This document shows, piece by piece, positions 9,259 to 19,162 of a stretch of DNA of 64,000 bases (the stretch's first letter is position 1; each line of letters begins with the position of its first letter). Source of the DNA: Rhodobacterales bacterium. Lineage in GTDB: Bacteria; Pseudomonadota; Alphaproteobacteria; Rhodobacterales; Rhodobacteraceae. A program made the position numbers and the translations under genes. Location of the stretch: the NCBI GenBank assembly GCA_030540655.1, contig JAUNVT010000001.1:1815-65814 (forward strand), given 5' to 3'. The notes beneath the pieces were generated by a model that was given only the letters and a program-made list of their open reading frames with translations, ran no database searches and was not told where the DNA came from.

Positions 9259-10509
9259 TCAATGCAGGTTGGGCTGGTTGCCCTGACCCTTTTCGTCGAT
9301 CATGTGACCGCGTCTGAACCGGTCCAGCCGCAGTTCCGTGGCGACGGGGTGGTATGTATCCTTGGCGATCAGATGCGCATAGCACAGGCCCGATCCGGGA
9401 GTTGCCTTGAAGCCGCCATAGCACCAGCCGCCGTTGAAATAGAGTCCGCCGACAGAGGTCTTGTCGATATAGGGCGAGCCATCCATCGACATATCCATGA
9501 TACCGCCCCAGCTGCGCAAAAGACGCGCACGGCCGATGATGGGCATGATTGCCATGCCACCTTCGGCCACGTCCTCGACCACCGGAAGGTTGCCGCGCGA
9601 GGCGTAGGAGTTGTAGCCGTCCAGATCGCCGCCGAATACAAGCCCACCCTTGTCGGACTGGCTGACATAGAAATGCCCCGCGCCAAAGGTAATGACGCCC
9701 GGAATGACCGGCTTCAGCCCTTCGGTGACAAAGGCCTGAAGGACGTGGGATTCGATGGGCAGGCGCAGGCCCGCCATGGCAGCAACGCGGCCCGAGGAGC
9801 CGGCGACGCACATCGCCACTTTTCTGGCGCGGATCGGCCCGCGCGATGTCTGAACGCCGCGGCAGACGCCGTTTTCGATGTCGAACCCGGTGACTTCGCA
9901 GTTCTGGATGATGTCGACGCCGCGGCGGTCCGCGCCGCGCGCATAGCCCCAGGCAACCGCGTCGTGGCGCACCGTGCCACCGCGCCGCTGAAAAAGACCG
10001 CCTTTGATCGGAAAGCGCGCATTGTCGAAATCAAGGAACGGAAGTTCTGCGCGCAGCTGGTCGGCCGTGGCAAATTCCGCGTCCGCGCCCGCCAAAAACA
10101 TCGCGTTGCCGCGGCGGATGAACGCATCGCGCTGCGCGTCCGAATGCAGCAGGTTCAGAATCGATCGCTGGCTCACCATCGCATTATAGTTGAAATCCTG
10201 CTCCAGCCCTTCCCACAGCTTCAGCGACAGCTCGTAGAATGGCTCGTTGCCGGGCAAAAGGTAGTTGGAGCGGATAATGGTGGTATTACGGCCGACGTTG
10301 CCGCTGCCGATCCAGCTTTTTTCCAGAACGGCGACATTGGTGATGCCATATTCCTTGGCCAGATAATAAGCTGTCGCAAGCCCGTGGCCACCGCCGCCGA
10401 TGATGATGACATCATATTCGGCTTTCGGCTCTGGCTCGCGCCAGACGGGTTTCCAGCCCTTGTTGCCTGTCAGGCCTTCTTTCAGGATGCGGAGTGCCGA
10501 ATAGTGCAT
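9259..10509 (-). CDS. soxB: Sarcosine oxidase beta subunit
   Basis: YDVIIIGGGGHGLATAYYLAKEYGITNVAVLEK. I chose the start at MHYSALRILKEG (416 aa, the usual SoxB length). In-frame ATGs at 10524 and 10548 remain possible. Confidence 0.9.
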   Translation of the reverse strand: MHYSALRILKEGLTGNKGWKPVWREPEPKAEYDVIIIGGGGHGLATAYYLAKEYGITNVAVLEKSWIGSGNVGRNTTIIRSNYLLPGNEPFYELSLKLWEGLEQDFNYNAMVSQRSILNLLHSDAQRDAFIRRGNAMFLAGADAEFATADQLRAELPFLDFDNARFPIKGGLFQRRGGTVRHDAVAWGYARGADRRGVDIIQNCEVTGFDIENGVCRGVQTSRGPIRARKVAMCVAGSSGRVAAMAGLRLPIESHVLQAFVTEGLKPVIPGVITFGAGHFYVSQSDKGGLVFGGDLDGYNSYASRGNLPVVEDVAEGGMAIMPIIGRARLLRSWGGIMDMSMDGSPYIDKTSVGGLYFNGGWCYGGFKATPGSGLCYAHLIAKDTYHPVATELRLDRFRRGHMIDEKGQGNQPNLH

Positions 10510-10590
10510 GGGAATTTCATCCATCGTTGGGTGAGTTGCGGTTAACATATACCGCGTTGATATTTGCACTTTCCCATAAAGGTCGCGTAT

Positions 10591-11559
10591 ATGTCGAAAA
10601 TGGACATGCGCTCTGATCAATCTCCAAAGGTTACCCGAATCGGTATCCTGCCGATCGCCAATTTTGCCGTGATGTCCTACGCCGCAACGGTCGAGCCTTT
10701 GCGCGCGGCCAATCTGCTTGCCGGACATGCGCTTTACGAAGTGGTGCATCTGGCGGCGGATGGTCTGCCAGTGCGCAGTTCCGGCGCCGCGGTGGTGCCA
10801 CCCGATGCCCAGATCGGCGATGCGCCGAGACTGGATATGCTGTTCCTGATCGCGGGGGGCGATATCAGCGAATACAACGACGCGAGGCTGTATAAGTGGC
10901 TGGCGCGGCTGGCGCGCGAAGGTGTTGCCCTTGGCGGAGTGTCAGGCGGGCCCGTAATTCTGGCGCGGGCGGGGCTGATGGTGGGGCGGCGCATGACGCT
11001 GCATTGGGAATATGCCGAGGCATTGGCCGAGCTTTCCCCTGATCTGGTGATCGAGCGCACACTCTACGTGATCGACCGCGACCGGATGACCTGCGCCGGC
11101 GGCACCGCTCCCTTGGACATGATGCACGCGCTCATCGCGCGCCAGCATGGCGCGGCCTTTGCGCGTCAGGTGAGCGATTGGTTCATGCATACCGATATCC
11201 GCCCCCCCGTCGGTCCGCAGCGCGCCGGGCTGGTCCAGCGCGTCGGAACCCATACGCCGGCCATTCTTGACGCGGTCGAGGCGATGGAAAGCCATGTGGC
11301 CGATCCACTGGATCTGACCCAGCTTGCGGCAATCGCGGGCGTCTCGGCGCGGCAGCTGAACCGCTTGTTCACCGATCAGCTGCAGGAGCCTGCAATGCGG
11401 TATTACCGCGCGCTTCGGCTGGACCGGGCGCAAAGCCTGTTGCGCAACTCTTCCCTGCCCCTGACGCAGATCGCGCTGGCAACAGGGTTTGCCAATTCAT
11501 CGCATTTCAGCCGTGCTTATTCGGCCCGCTTCGGGCAGGCGCCATCGCGTTACCGCTGA
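10591..11559 (+). CDS. GlxA-family transcriptional regulator (DJ-1/PfpI-like domain plus AraC HTH), divergent from soxB
   Basis: N-terminal IGILPIANFAVMSYA..GGVSGGP and C-terminal LPLTQIALATGFANSSHFSRAYSARFGQAPSRYR. I prefer the ATG at 10591 to the TTG at 10564. Confidence 0.85.
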   Translation: MSKMDMRSDQSPKVTRIGILPIANFAVMSYAATVEPLRAANLLAGHALYEVVHLAADGLPVRSSGAAVVPPDAQIGDAPRLDMLFLIAGGDISEYNDARLYKWLARLAREGVALGGVSGGPVILARAGLMVGRRMTLHWEYAEALAELSPDLVIERTLYVIDRDRMTCAGGTAPLDMMHALIARQHGAAFARQVSDWFMHTDIRPPVGPQRAGLVQRVGTHTPAILDAVEAMESHVADPLDLTQLAAIAGVSARQLNRLFTDQLQEPAMRYYRALRLDRAQSLLRNSSLPLTQIALATGFANSSHFSRAYSARFGQAPSRYR

Positions 11560-11562
11560 GGC

Positions 11563-12438
11563 TCAGGCCAGAAGACCCGCGTGACGCATTGCCGATTCGA
11601 CCTGCGCCTTGGCCCCATCCGTCAAAGGCACGAGGGGCGACCGGACATCCGGGCTGCACCGGCCCAGAAGCGATAATGCATATTTCACTCCAACCAGCCC
11701 CGGCTCGGTAAATATCGCATGATGCAGTGGCATCAGGCGGTCCTGAATTTTCAGCGCCTCGGCATAATCGCCGCGCAGGCAGGCCGCCTGCAGTTCCGCG
11801 CACAGACGGGGTGCCGCATTTGCGGTGACGGAAATGCAGCCCACGCCGCCCTGCGCGTTGAAGCCATGGGCGGTTGCATCCTCGCCCGAGATCTGGATGA
11901 AATCCGGCCCGCAGGTGATGCGCTGCGTGCAGACGCGGGCAAGATCCCCGGTCGCATCCTTGACGCCGATGATGCGCGGCAATTTTGCCAGCTCGCCCAT
12001 CGTCGCGGGTGACATATCTACGGCCGACCGTCCCGGGATGTTGTAGATGATGATCGGCAGATCGCAGCTGTCATGTGCGGCGGTAAAATGCGCGATCAGC
12101 CCGGCTTGGGTCGGCTTGTTGTAATAGGGGGTAACGACCAGAGCGGCATCGGCGCCAACCTTGTGCGCGTGCTGCATGAATTCAACCGTTTCGGCGGTGT
12201 TGTTGCTGCCCGCGCCCGCTACCACGGGGATGCGGCCCGCGCTGGCGCGCACCACCTCCTCGACGACCGCCATATGTTCGCTATGGCTCAGCGTCGGGCT
12301 CTCGCCCGTGGTGCCGACGGGCACCAGACCGTTGCTGCCTTCGGCAATGTGCCATTCCACCAGTTTGCCCAGCGTATCGAAATCCACCGCGCCGTTCTTC
12401 AAGGGCGTGACCAGGGCCGGAAGGGATCCTGTGATCAT
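11563..12438 (-). CDS. dapA: 4-hydroxy-tetrahydrodipicolinate synthase
   Basis: [39 protein letters not shown], 291 aa. The 983-aa ORF in the track fuses this gene to the antisense of slt. Confidence 0.95.
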   Translation of the reverse strand: MITGSLPALVTPLKNGAVDFDTLGKLVEWHIAEGSNGLVPVGTTGESPTLSHSEHMAVVEEVVRASAGRIPVVAGAGSNNTAETVEFMQHAHKVGADAALVVTPYYNKPTQAGLIAHFTAAHDSCDLPIIIYNIPGRSAVDMSPATMGELAKLPRIIGVKDATGDLARVCTQRITCGPDFIQISGEDATAHGFNAQGGVGCISVTANAAPRLCAELQAACLRGDYAEALKIQDRLMPLHHAIFTEPGLVGVKYALSLLGRCSPDVRSPLVPLTDGAKAQVESAMRHAGLLA

Positions 12439-12585
12439 AGTGCACTCCTGTTCGTGATGGGGCATGCTTGCCCGGTGCTGCATCGCCCGCGTTGCAGCAT
12501 CCGTTGTTCCGGTGTAGCGGACCGTCTGGACGGCGCATCGGCGCGCGCATAGGTTGGCGCCGTCTATCCTTTGCAATGACGGAAA

Positions 12586-14571
12586 ATGCAAGCCATGTTG
12601 CGTCCTCTTTTCGCGGTCCTCTTCCTGATTTCGGGCGCTCTGCCCGCGTTTGCCGAAGGGCCGTCGCGTATCTTGCCGCCGCGCCCTCTGGCCTCGGCGC
12701 TGGACGCGGCGGCAGAGGGGCGGTGGAACCGTGCCGGGCAATTGGCATTGCGGGACGGGCCTGTCGCCCAGCGGCTGATCGAATGGGCGCGCCTGCGCTC
12801 GGGGCGCGGCACGGTGGACGAGGTGCTGGCTTTTCTGGCTGCCTATCCGCACTGGCCCGGTCTGGACAGGGTGCGCGAAAAGTCGCTTGTGATGTTCAGG
12901 GATGCAAGCGATGCGCAGATCCTTGCCTTTTATGACGGTGCCCCGGCCGAGACGGGCGCTGGCGTTCTGCGCCATGCACAGGCGTTGAAAAACGTGGGCC
13001 GTCTGCCCGAGGCGGAGGCCGAGGTCATTCAGGCATGGCTGACCTTTGACCTGGGTGCCAGGGACCACGCTGATTTTCTGAACGCCTGGGGCAGACTTCT
13101 GACTCCTTACCACGAGGCGCGCATGGATATGGCGCTGTGGCGGGGCCTGCGCAATGCTCCCCTGATGCTGCCTCTTGTCAGCATGGATACGCGCGCGCGG
13201 GCGAATATCCGCATGATGGCTATCGACGGGCGCGGCGGGATCGAGGCGAAAGTGACGGGCCTGCCGGATGCGATGCAGCGCGATCCCGGCATCGCCCACA
13301 TGCTGTTTGATCAGTACATCAAGGCCGACAAGCCGGAAAAGGCGATGGATCTGATGCTGCGCCAGAGCCGGATTGATGGGGGGCTCGGCGAGCCTGAACG
13401 CTGGGCGGGCTGGCGCCGCAGCTTTGCCCGCAGAATGATGCGTGACGGCGATTATGTGCGTGCCTACGATCTGGCGGCGCATCATCAGCTGACCGGCGGC
13501 AGTTCCTATGCGGATCTGGAGTGGCTGTCGGGCTATCTTGCGCTTCGCTTCATGGATGCTCCGGCCCTTGCGCTGGATCATTTCCAACGGCTGCGGGCGG
13601 CAGTGGCCAGCCCCATCTCCATGGGGCGCGCCGGTTACTGGATCGGCCGCGCGCAGGAGGCGCTGAAAGATCCTGAGGCGGCACAGATCGCATATCGTGA
13701 AGCCGCTGCCGAACAGACCAGTTTCTACGGCCTGCTGGCGGCTGAAAAGGCGGGTCTGCCCAGCGATCCCGCGCTGGCGGGGGGCGAGGAATTTGCCGCC
13801 TGGCGTGAGGCGGCATTCGCCCAGACGGATCTTTTCCGGGCGGCGGGCCTTTTGGCCGCCTCCGATCAACTGACGCTGGCGAAATGGTTTGTCATCGCCT
13901 TGGCGGACACGCTGGAGCGGCCCGACCTGGGCAGCCTTGGCGCCGCGCTCGGTGATATGGGCCAGCCATATTTGCAGGTGATGTTGGGCAAGGCGGCGGC
14001 GCAGCGAGGTATCGTGCTGCCGGGCGCCTATTACGCGCTGCATCCGATGACGGATATGGACCTGCCCGTGCCGATGGAGATGGCGCTGGCCATCGCCCGC
14101 CGCGAAAGCGAATTTGATTACCGGATCGCCAGCGGGGCGGGGGCGCTGGGCCTGATGCAGGTGATGCCCGGCACGGCGGGGGATCTGGCGCGCGATCTGG
14201 GCATTGCCTATAATGGACCTGCGCTGGTCAGGGACTGGCGCTATAACGCCCGGCTGGGCACGACGTATCTTGCACAGATGTCGCGGCGCTTCGGCGCAAA
14301 TATCGTGATGATCGCCGCCGCCTATAACGCGGGCCCCGCGCGCGTGCCTCGCTGGATCGACGGGTTTGGTGATCCGCGCACCGGCGCCGGGATGAAGGGG
14401 CTCGATATCATAGACTGGATCGAGTTCATTCCCTTTGACGAGACGCGAAATTACATTCAGCGCGTGGCGGAAAGCCTTCCGGTCTACCGCGCCCGCTTGG
14501 GCAAGATACCGCACCCCGTGCCTTTCAGTCAGGAACTGACAGGCGCCACCATCCTTTCAAGTCTCAAATAA
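12586..14571 (+). CDS. slt: Soluble lytic murein transglycosylase (Slt70-like)
   Basis: Signal peptide [23 protein letters not shown] and catalytic region [37 protein letters not shown]. Confidence 0.9.
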   Translation: MQAMLRPLFAVLFLISGALPAFAEGPSRILPPRPLASALDAAAEGRWNRAGQLALRDGPVAQRLIEWARLRSGRGTVDEVLAFLAAYPHWPGLDRVREKSLVMFRDASDAQILAFYDGAPAETGAGVLRHAQALKNVGRLPEAEAEVIQAWLTFDLGARDHADFLNAWGRLLTPYHEARMDMALWRGLRNAPLMLPLVSMDTRARANIRMMAIDGRGGIEAKVTGLPDAMQRDPGIAHMLFDQYIKADKPEKAMDLMLRQSRIDGGLGEPERWAGWRRSFARRMMRDGDYVRAYDLAAHHQLTGGSSYADLEWLSGYLALRFMDAPALALDHFQRLRAAVASPISMGRAGYWIGRAQEALKDPEAAQIAYREAAAEQTSFYGLLAAEKAGLPSDPALAGGEEFAAWREAAFAQTDLFRAAGLLAASDQLTLAKWFVIALADTLERPDLGSLGAALGDMGQPYLQVMLGKAAAQRGIVLPGAYYALHPMTDMDLPVPMEMALAIARRESEFDYRIASGAGALGLMQVMPGTAGDLARDLGIAYNGPALVRDWRYNARLGTTYLAQMSRRFGANIVMIAAAYNAGPARVPRWIDGFGDPRTGAGMKGLDIIDWIEFIPFDETRNYIQRVAESLPVYRARLGKIPHPVPFSQELTGATILSSLK

Positions 14572-14599
14572 GGTGCCGTGTATATACGTGGCCGCCTCG

Positions 14600-15466
14600 C
14601 TACCCGACCTTGCGTTGCCGCCAGAGCGTGAAAAGCCCCGCTCCGACGACCACCGCCACACCGACTGCCACATTCGTGCGGATCGTCTCGCCAAAGATCA
14701 CGACCCCGATGATGGAGATGAACACCAGTTGGAGATAGGCAAAGGGCTGGACGGCGCTCGCCTCGGCCACCTCATAGCATTTGATCAGGGTGAAATGTCC
14801 CAGAACTCCCGTCAGGCACAGCGCCGACATCCAGCCCCAGTCAGCCGCCGCCATCGGCTCCCAGAACCACAGGCCAACGCACGTCATCCCCAGCGCGCCC
14901 ACGGTGCCGGTCCAGAAAAAACTGGTCGCCGCCGTATCGCGCCGCGCGGCATAGCGTGTCAGCAGGCCGTATAGGGCGAACATGAGGGCGCCGATCAGCG
15001 GCAGGATCGCGGCAGGCTCGAAGACGGTAATGCCGGGCTGGAGAATGATCAGGACCCCAACGAACCCGATGCCGATGGCGGTCCAGCGCCTCCAGCCCAC
15101 GTGCTCGCCCAGAACCGGCCCCGAAAGGGCGGCGATGAGCAGCGGATAGGAGGCGAATACTGCATGTGTCTCGACCAGACCAAGAATGGTGAAGGCCAGC
15201 ACGAGAATACAGATCTCCGTCACCAGGAGCAGCGCCCGGAAGCTTTGCAGCAGGGGCTGCTCCGTGCGTGCCGCCGCACGCAGCCCGCCCGCCTTGCGCG
15301 ACGATACGCTCAGAACAAAGGCAGCAAAGAACCAGTAGCGGATCATGATGACCATGTAGACGTTGTATTCTCCCGCCAGATGGCGCGACAGCCCGTCCTG
15401 AATGGCAAAGACAAGCGTCGTTGCCATCATCAGGAGGATCCCCAGCCGGGCGTTCTGTTCCGTCAT
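14600..15466 (-). CDS. DMT-superfamily (EamA-like) transporter
   Basis: The profile has about ten hydrophobic helices and two EamA-like halves. Its ATGA overlaps the upstream gene. Confidence 0.8.
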   Translation of the reverse strand: MTEQNARLGILLMMATTLVFAIQDGLSRHLAGEYNVYMVIMIRYWFFAAFVLSVSSRKAGGLRAAARTEQPLLQSFRALLLVTEICILVLAFTILGLVETHAVFASYPLLIAALSGPVLGEHVGWRRWTAIGIGFVGVLIILQPGITVFEPAAILPLIGALMFALYGLLTRYAARRDTAATSFFWTGTVGALGMTCVGLWFWEPMAAADWGWMSALCLTGVLGHFTLIKCYEVAEASAVQPFAYLQLVFISIIGVVIFGETIRTNVAVGVAVVVGAGLFTLWRQRKVG

Positions 15467-16140
15467 CGGGGCATCCTTGCAATTGTCATGTGCCTCTTGC
15501 GGCCATAGCCGGGCACGCGGGACACGTCCATGCCGGCCGCCGCAAGCGCGCGGCGCACATGGCCTGCGGCGGTATAGGTCGCCGCCGTTCCGCCCGGCGC
15601 CGTATGGGCGGCAACGGCCGCTAGCAGATCCGGCTCCCAGAGCTGCGGATTCCGGGCGGGGGCGAACCCGTCAAGGAACCACGCATCCGCGCGGCCCGTC
15701 CAGTGGGGCAGGGTGGCGCGCGCATCGCCGATGATCACCTGCAGAAATGCGCCATCTCCCAAGTCAATCCGCCCGGCATTGCCTTGCCATCCATGGACGA
15801 GCCGCGCCGCGCGAGGCGCCAGAGAGGGAAATGCCGCCAGCGCGCGCACCATATCCGGCGCCGAGATGGGATGCGCCTCGAACGAGATCAGATGGAGCGT
15901 GCCCGGTGCTCCCTGTCCGGCCCACGCCTCTGCCGCGACAAGCATGTTCAGCCCGGTGCCGAAACCCAGTTCGGCCACGCGGAAGCCATCGCGAAACCGG
16001 CCGGGCAGATCATTCCCGGCCAGAAACACATGCCGTGTTTCCTCAAGCCCGTCGTCAAGGCTGAAATAGGGATCGTCATACTGGCGCGAGACCGGAACAT
16101 CGCCTGCGCGCCACTCGAGGCGGGCGTGCTGGTCCTGCAT
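15463..16140 (-). CDS. mnmD: tRNA (mnm5s2U34)-methyltransferase, stand-alone MnmC methyltransferase (DUF752) domain
   Basis: FRVAELGFGTGLNMLV and ADAWFLDGFAPARNPQLWEPDLL. The start was trimmed to MQDQHARLEW (ATG at 16140). Confidence 0.75.
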   Translation of the reverse strand: MQDQHARLEWRAGDVPVSRQYDDPYFSLDDGLEETRHVFLAGNDLPGRFRDGFRVAELGFGTGLNMLVAAEAWAGQGAPGTLHLISFEAHPISAPDMVRALAAFPSLAPRAARLVHGWQGNAGRIDLGDGAFLQVIIGDARATLPHWTGRADAWFLDGFAPARNPQLWEPDLLAAVAAHTAPGGTAATYTAAGHVRRALAAAGMDVSRVPGYGRKRHMTIARMPR

Positions 16141-16193
16141 GGCGCCGTCCTTTATGCAATGGGGTAAAGGAACAATGAAGGGGGACAGGGCGA

Positions 16194-17225
16194 ATGGCAA
16201 TGGCCGATGTGACGGTGCGCGGCGCGGGCATCTTCGGGCTTTCGGTGGCCTGGGCCTGCGCGCGGCGCGGCGCGCGGGTGCAGGTGATCGACCCGGCCGG
16301 GCCGGGAGCCGGTGCATCGGGCGGCATCGTCGGGGCACTGGCACCGCATGTGCCGGAGAACTGGAATGACAAGAAGGCGTTCCAGTTGGCCAGCCTGCTC
16401 ATGGCAGAGAATTACTGGGCCGAGGTGGCCGAGGCATCTGGCCTCTCGCCCGGCTATGCGCGCACGGGACGGCTGCAACCGCTCGATCCGGGCGGCACGG
16501 CGCTGGCTGCGGCGCGCGGCGCGGCGGCAGAGGCGCTTTGGCAGGGCCATGCCCGGTGGCGCGTGGGGCGTGCCTCCGAATTCGATCATCCGCCGCGCAG
16601 CGCCGAAGGTCTTGTCATCCACGACACGCTGACAGCCCGCCTGCATCCCGCCCGCGCCTGCGCCGCGCTGGCGACCGCTCTGATCGCCAAAGGGGCAGTG
16701 ATCCGCGAGGAGGGATTGGACGCGGGCCGAACGCTTTGGGCTACAGGCGCGGCAGACCTGTTGGCATTGAATGCGTCCCATTCCCGCCAGGTTGGCACCC
16801 CGGTCAAGGGACAGGCGGCGCTCATGGATCTGGCCCTTCCGGATCATCCGCAGATTTTTGCGGCCGGCGTGCATATTGTCCCGCATGAGGACGGAACCAC
16901 CGCGATCGGATCGACCACGGAGCGCGACTATGATGGTCTAGGTATTGATGCGCTGCTGGATGACGTTGTGGCCGCCGCGCGCCGTGCTTGGCCGCCGCTG
17001 AAGGAGGCGCGTATCATCCGCCGCTGGGCGGGTCTGCGCCCGCGCACGCGCAGCCGCGCGCCGATGCTGGGTGCTCATCCTCTTCATCCGGGGCAATTCA
17101 TTGCCAATGGTGGCTTCAAGATCGGCTTCGGGATGGCTCCCAAGGTGGGCGAGGTCATGGCCGACCTGCTGCTGGAGGGCATTGATTGCATCCCGGCAGG
17201 GTTTCGTCCGGAGGCATCGCTGTGA
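16194..17225 (+). CDS. FAD-dependent oxidoreductase (DAO family), candidate MnmC oxidoreductase half
   Basis: Dinucleotide fold VTVRGAGIFGLSVAWACARRGARVQVID. It is divergent from mnmD with a 53-bp spacer. Confidence 0.7.
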   Translation: MAMADVTVRGAGIFGLSVAWACARRGARVQVIDPAGPGAGASGGIVGALAPHVPENWNDKKAFQLASLLMAENYWAEVAEASGLSPGYARTGRLQPLDPGGTALAAARGAAAEALWQGHARWRVGRASEFDHPPRSAEGLVIHDTLTARLHPARACAALATALIAKGAVIREEGLDAGRTLWATGAADLLALNASHSRQVGTPVKGQAALMDLALPDHPQIFAAGVHIVPHEDGTTAIGSTTERDYDGLGIDALLDDVVAAARRAWPPLKEARIIRRWAGLRPRTRSRAPMLGAHPLHPGQFIANGGFKIGFGMAPKVGEVMADLLLEGIDCIPAGFRPEASL

Positions 17226-17737
17226 CGGGGGCAGGGGCGAGCCCGCGGGATATGGTGCTGACGCCCGTTGGTTTGAGATATCGCGGGCGCCTCTATCCCT
17301 GCAGCATCGGCAAGGGCGGCAGATCTTGCACGAAGCGCGAGGGCGATGGCGCGACGCCTTCGGGTATTCACCGCGTGGCGATGACGCTTTATCGCCCGGA
17401 CCGGATGGCGCCGCCTGCACCCTGGGCCCTCCCGATCCGTACCGGCGATCTGTGGAGTGACGATGCCTCCGATCCCGCCTATAATACGTGGGTGCGCGCG
17501 CCCTATGAGTCGAGTGCCGAGGACCTGCGCCGGGCCGATCCGCTCTATGATCTGGTGCTGGTGACGGATTGGAACTGGCCGCACCCGATACCGGGCCGCG
17601 GAAGCTGCATCTTCATCCATCAATGGCGCAGGCCCGGCTATCCGACTGAAGGCTGCATAGGGCTGCGCCGCGATCATCTGCGCGTTCTTGCGGCCGTGGC
17701 CGCTCCAGGGACACGACTGATCGTGCCGCGCGAATAA
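17222..17737 (+). CDS. L,D-transpeptidase (YkuD-like) family protein
   Basis: Catalytic region GSCIFIHQWRRPGYPTEGCIGL. The start is either the GTG at 17222 (GTGA overlap) or the ATG at 17252. Confidence 0.7.
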   Translation: MTGAGASPRDMVLTPVGLRYRGRLYPCSIGKGGRSCTKREGDGATPSGIHRVAMTLYRPDRMAPPAPWALPIRTGDLWSDDASDPAYNTWVRAPYESSAEDLRRADPLYDLVLVTDWNWPHPIPGRGSCIFIHQWRRPGYPTEGCIGLRRDHLRVLAAVAAPGTRLIVPRE

Positions 17738-17833
17738 GAAATTCCTGAGCCATCAAACTTGTGTGAAGCGTTTCAGAAAAAGCAAAGTCGCTGACCAAGG
17801 TTTTTTGCAGTTATATTGGCAGAATTGATATAT

Positions 17834-17850
17834 GATAGTTTGAAACTATC
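17834..17850. promoter_or_regulatory. Perfect palindrome GATAGTTT-G-AAACTATC nested inside an outer AATTGA(17823..17828)/TCAATT(17859..17864) pair, upstream of the hns-like gene
   Basis: Direct reading. It lies in a 213-bp AT-rich gap (about 39 percent G+C over 17761..17940 by hand count, against about 65 percent for a nearby coding line). Confidence 0.5.
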
Positions 17851-17950
17851 TCTACGATTCAATTGTGACATGCCGCTTCGTAACCTGAAAGTTTCTTTTG
17901 CAACGTTCCGGGATATCTAGTAAGGCCTGAGAAAACATCATGGGAAGAAA

Positions 17951-18307
17951 ATGACAACATACGATCTTAAATCGATGAGCATGCAGGAGTTGAAAACTCT
18001 GCAAAAGAAAATCGATCGAGAAATGACTGGTCGTGACAAAAGGCAACGCAAGGAAGCCTTTGCTGCCGTCAAGGAAAAAGCCAAGGAATTGGGATATTCG
18101 CTTGATGATCTGGTGGGCCCGGATGCCAAACCCGCCGGGATCAGTGACAAGCCCCGTGCCGGATCGGTTCCTGGCCCTGCAAAATACCGGAGCAAGGATG
18201 ATCCTTCGCTGACCTGGAGCGGTCGCGGTCGTCCGCCCCGCTGGATCAAGGAAGCCCAGGAAAGCGGCATCGACCTGGAAACGCTGAGCGTTGATACAGA
18301 AGAGTGA
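17951..18307 (+). CDS. H-NS family nucleoid-associated protein
   Basis: Coiled-coil N-terminus MSMQELKTLQKKIDREM and the C-terminal DNA-binding signature TWSGRGRPPRWI. Confidence 0.9.
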   Translation: MTTYDLKSMSMQELKTLQKKIDREMTGRDKRQRKEAFAAVKEKAKELGYSLDDLVGPDAKPAGISDKPRAGSVPGPAKYRSKDDPSLTWSGRGRPPRWIKEAQESGIDLETLSVDTEE

Positions 18308-18356
18308 TTTCACGGCGTAAGCCACGAAACCGGCTTTTCCCCGAAACGGGTTGGCA

Positions 18357-19010
18357 TCAGCTATAATCGCGCTCACCGAAAATGGCGCTGCCCACGCGGA
18401 TGTGGGTGGCGCCTTGTGCTATTGCGCTTTCAAAATCGCCGCTCATGCCCATGGATAGCCCGTCCAAATCGTTGCGCGCCGCAATCTTGGCCAAAAGTGC
18501 AAAATGCAGGCTCGGCTCCTCATCTACGGGGGGTATGCACATCAATCCTTTCACCGGAAGGCTCAGCGACCGGCATTCGGCAATAAATCCGTCCGCATCA
18601 CGGGGAAGCACGCCTGCCTTTTGATCCTCCTCCCCGGTATTGACCTGCAGGAAAAGATCGGGGCAATGCCCGAGCTCATCGGAAATGCGAGCAATTGTCG
18701 TTGCCAGTTTTGGCCTGTCTACGGAATGGATCGTCTGAAACAGATCGAACGCCTGCCTTACCTTGTTGGATTGCAGAGGGCCGATCAGGTGCAGATCGAT
18801 GCCGGAATATGTCTCGCGAAAGCCGGGCCATTTGCCTGCCGCCTCCTGCACGCGGTTTTCGCCAAAAACGCGGTGCCCCTCACGCAGAACTTCCTCGACG
18901 CGCGCGTCGGGCTGCGTCTTGGATACCGCAATCAGTGTGACGCATCCGGGGCTGCGCCCTGCGGCTTTGGTGGCGGCAGTCATGCGGGCGGTAATATCGG
19001 CAAGGCTCAT
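18357..19010 (-). CDS. yggS: YggS-family pyridoxal phosphate homeostasis protein
   Basis: LIAVSKTQP..HLIGPLQSNK..LSMGMSGDFESAI. The start was trimmed to MSLADITARM. Confidence 0.9.
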   Translation of the reverse strand: MSLADITARMTAATKAAGRSPGCVTLIAVSKTQPDARVEEVLREGHRVFGENRVQEAAGKWPGFRETYSGIDLHLIGPLQSNKVRQAFDLFQTIHSVDRPKLATTIARISDELGHCPDLFLQVNTGEEDQKAGVLPRDADGFIAECRSLSLPVKGLMCIPPVDEEPSLHFALLAKIAARNDLDGLSMGMSGDFESAIAQGATHIRVGSAIFGERDYS

Positions 19011-19162
19011 GGGTATTCTCGTTTCGTAAAGGCAACTAGACTGGCCCACCTTGCCAGCCCCGCAGGGCGGATGCAAAGTGTCATATGCAGGGTCGATTGC
19101 AAACAGCTTGCCCCACCGCCGTGCGTTGGTTACTAGAAGGACAGGCAATTTCGGACGGTAAA

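Noticed and set aside
12439-12585. Riboswitches or known small RNAs in the larger intergenic gaps (this one plus 19011..19162, 25836..26025, 52437..52721, 55066..55193 and 60880..61166)
   Set aside because: I could not recognise any conserved riboswitch core (TPP, SAM-II, cobalamin, glycine, FMN, Mn) or SRP, 6S, tmRNA or RNase P signatures by eye. A covariance-model scan (Rfam/Infernal) would be needed to exclude them.
11563-14514. A 983-aa minus-strand ORF, the joint longest in the track
   Set aside because: Only its last 291 codons are a real gene (dapA). The remainder is the antisense shadow of slt, whose plus-strand product has a signal peptide and canonical lytic transglycosylase motifs. 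The shadow part is Arg/Ala/Pro/Gly-rich with no recognisable motif.
14572-14599. A GTATATAC palindrome between the convergent slt and DMT transporter genes
   Set aside because: It is only an 8-bp self-complementary AT core with non-pairing flanks, too short to call a terminator or operator.
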